Assembly: GCA_963815115.1 (NCBI GenBank) | Contig: CAWFFN010000009.1 | Coordinates: forward strand, 992,001 to 1,056,000 | Reading direction: 5' to 3' | DNA from: an uncultured delta proteobacterium | Lineage (GTDB): Bacteria; Desulfobacterota; Binatia; DP-6 | DNA length: 64,000 nt | Shown here: positions 62,574 through 64,000 of the stretch, piece after piece | How positions within the stretch are numbered: position 1 is the first letter of the stretch | Layout: each line of letters starts with the position of its first letter | Notes under the pieces: model-generated | Databases searched by the model: none | The model's input: only the letters and a program-made list of their open reading frames with translations | What the model was told of the DNA's origin: nothing | Made by a program: the position numbers and the translations under genes

Positions 62574-64000
62574 TCAGGAATGGACCGCGGGCGCGACCGC
62601 CGCGATCGGGGCGTCGGCCGCCTCGACCATGTCGAGGAAGGTCGCCGTCCACCAGCGGATGTCGTGCGTGGTGACGGTCTCGACCATGGCCCGCATGCGC
62701 CGTTCGCGCTCGTCGGGCTCCATCTGCACCGCCTCCGCGATGCAACGGCCGATGTTCTCGGGCTCGTACGGGTTCACCAGCAGCGCGTCCTTCAACTCGT
62801 ACGCGGCGCCGGCGAACTCGGACAGCACGAGCACGCCGTCGCCGTCCGGATGGCAGGCGACGTATTCCTTGGCGACCAGGTTCATGCCGTCGCGCAGCGG
62901 CGTCACCAGGGCGACGTCTGCGGCCCGGTACCACGCCGCGAGGCGTTCGTGGTCGAAGGCGGTGTAGTGGTAGGCGAGCGGCGCGAGCGCCTCGCGCGTG
63001 AAGCGGCCGATGATCCGGCCGACCGTCTCGTCGATCTGACGCTTCAGGTCCCGGTACTGGGGAACGCGGAAGCGCGAGGGCACGGTGATCTGTACGAGAC
63101 TCACTCGCCGCCGCCAGCGCGGGTGCTGCTCGAGGAAGCGCTCGAAGCCGAGCAGGCGCTCGACGATGCCCTTGGTATAGTCGAGCCGGTCGACCCCGAT
63201 CAGCACGACCTCGGTGGCGAGTCGGGCACGCAGGCGCGCCACCCGCGAAGCCAGGAGCGGATCGCGCGCCTGCGCCGCGAATGCCATCGCATCGACCCCG
63301 ATGCCATGCCCGACCACGCGCACCATGCGGCCGGGGAGCAGTACCCGCAGCGGGTCCTCGAGCACCGGAAGATCGAGGAAGCGGCCGACGCAGGCGACGA
63401 AGTTGCGGGCATCGGCGTCCGTCTGGAGACCGATCACGTCCGCGCCGAGGAGGCCCGAGAGCAGCTCCTCTCGCCACTGGCAGATACCGAAGACTTCCGG
63501 TGGCGGGAACGGGATGTGCCAGAACAGGCCGGTGCGGATGGGTGCGCAGGCGGCACGCAGGTAGCCCGGGACGAGACAGAGATGGAAGTCGTTCACCCAC
63601 ACCGTGTCGCCCGGCTTCGCCAGATCGCAGACCGTCCTGGCAAAGCGTTCGTTGACGCGCTTGTACGCGCCCCAGTAGGCGGGATCGAACTCGCAGCGGG
63701 TGGTGAAGATGTGGCACAGCGGCCACAGGACCTGGTTGGCAAACCCGCCGTAGTAGTTGTCGATCTCGCGCTCGCTCAGAGACACCGCATGGATCGGATA
63801 GGGCAGGCCGGTCTGCGAGGGCGCGAGGATCTCGTCCGTCGGGGTCCGGGCCCATGCCACCCAGACTCCCGGGCGCTCGCGCAGCGTCACGTCGAGCGCC
63901 GTGGCGAGGCCGCCGATGGTGCGACGGAAGCGCCGATCCCCTCCTGCAGCCGTCACCTCCACCGGCGCGCGATTGGACACCACCACGAGCCTGGACTTCC
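62574..64000 (-). CDS. otsA: Trehalose-6-phosphate synthase (5'-truncated by the window edge)
   Basis: [50 protein letters not shown]. Confidence 0.93.
   Translation of the reverse strand, partial: KSRLVVVSNRAPVEVTAAGGDRRFRRTIGGLATALDVTLRERPGVWVAWARTPTDEILAPSQTGLPYPIHAVSLSEREIDNYYGGFANQVLWPLCHIFTTRCEFDPAYWGAYKRVNERFARTVCDLAKPGDTVWVNDFHLCLVPGYLRAACAPIRTGLFWHIPFPPPEVFGICQWREELLSGLLGADVIGLQTDADARNFVACVGRFLDLPVLEDPLRVLLPGRMVRVVGHGIGVDAMAFAAQARDPLLASRVARLRARLATEVVLIGVDRLDYTKGIVERLLGFERFLEQHPRWRRRVSLVQITVPSRFRVPQYRDLKRQIDETVGRIIGRFTREALAPLAYHYTAFDHERLAAWYRAADVALVTPLRDGMNLVAKEYVACHPDGDGVLVLSEFAGAAYELKDALLVNPYEPENIGRCIAEAVQMEPDERERRMRAMVETVTTHDIRWWTATFLDMVEAADAPIAAVAPAVHS

Overview
High-GC bacterial chromosomal window, densely coding. 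I saw no rRNA, tRNA, CRISPR array, integrase or transposase. Gene content (type IV pilus motor, lipid A acyltransferase, several amidohydrolase_2/LLM/P450/MaoC/thiolase genes, Cys-rich secreted proteins) suggests a Gram-negative deltaproteobacteria-like lineage such as Binatota; this is inference only. Left part is mostly housekeeping: recO-ppdK-aroE-pilB-pilT-pilC on the minus strand, then grpE-dnaK-dnaJ-thiL-larB-ABC1 kinase-ACT protein, cytochromes c, a cold-shock protein and lpxL. The middle holds a TetR/2-hydroxyacid dehydrogenase/FGGY kinase operon, a GldA/F/G-like ABC system and a DUF3604-PpiC-HupE/UreJ module. The right part holds lipid/aromatic catabolic genes, an ABC-F ATPase, pssA, namZ, an AbrB-Doc toxin-antitoxin pair and a truncated otsA. 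Most notable non-obvious signals: (1) a putative ribosome-sensing attenuator upstream of the ABC-F gene (3-codon uORF MRR, anti-SD/SD helix closing a four-way junction); (2) a dispersed structured repeat in two intergenic regions; (3) a strong promoter with a perfect 18-bp palindrome driving an unannotated 40-aa membrane peptide beside a TetR and a heme-oxygenase-like diiron enzyme; (4) recurrent leaderless promoters with a non-canonical -10; (5) three reading-frame anomalies that may be indel errors or recoding. All product calls come from motif recognition by eye; no database search was run.
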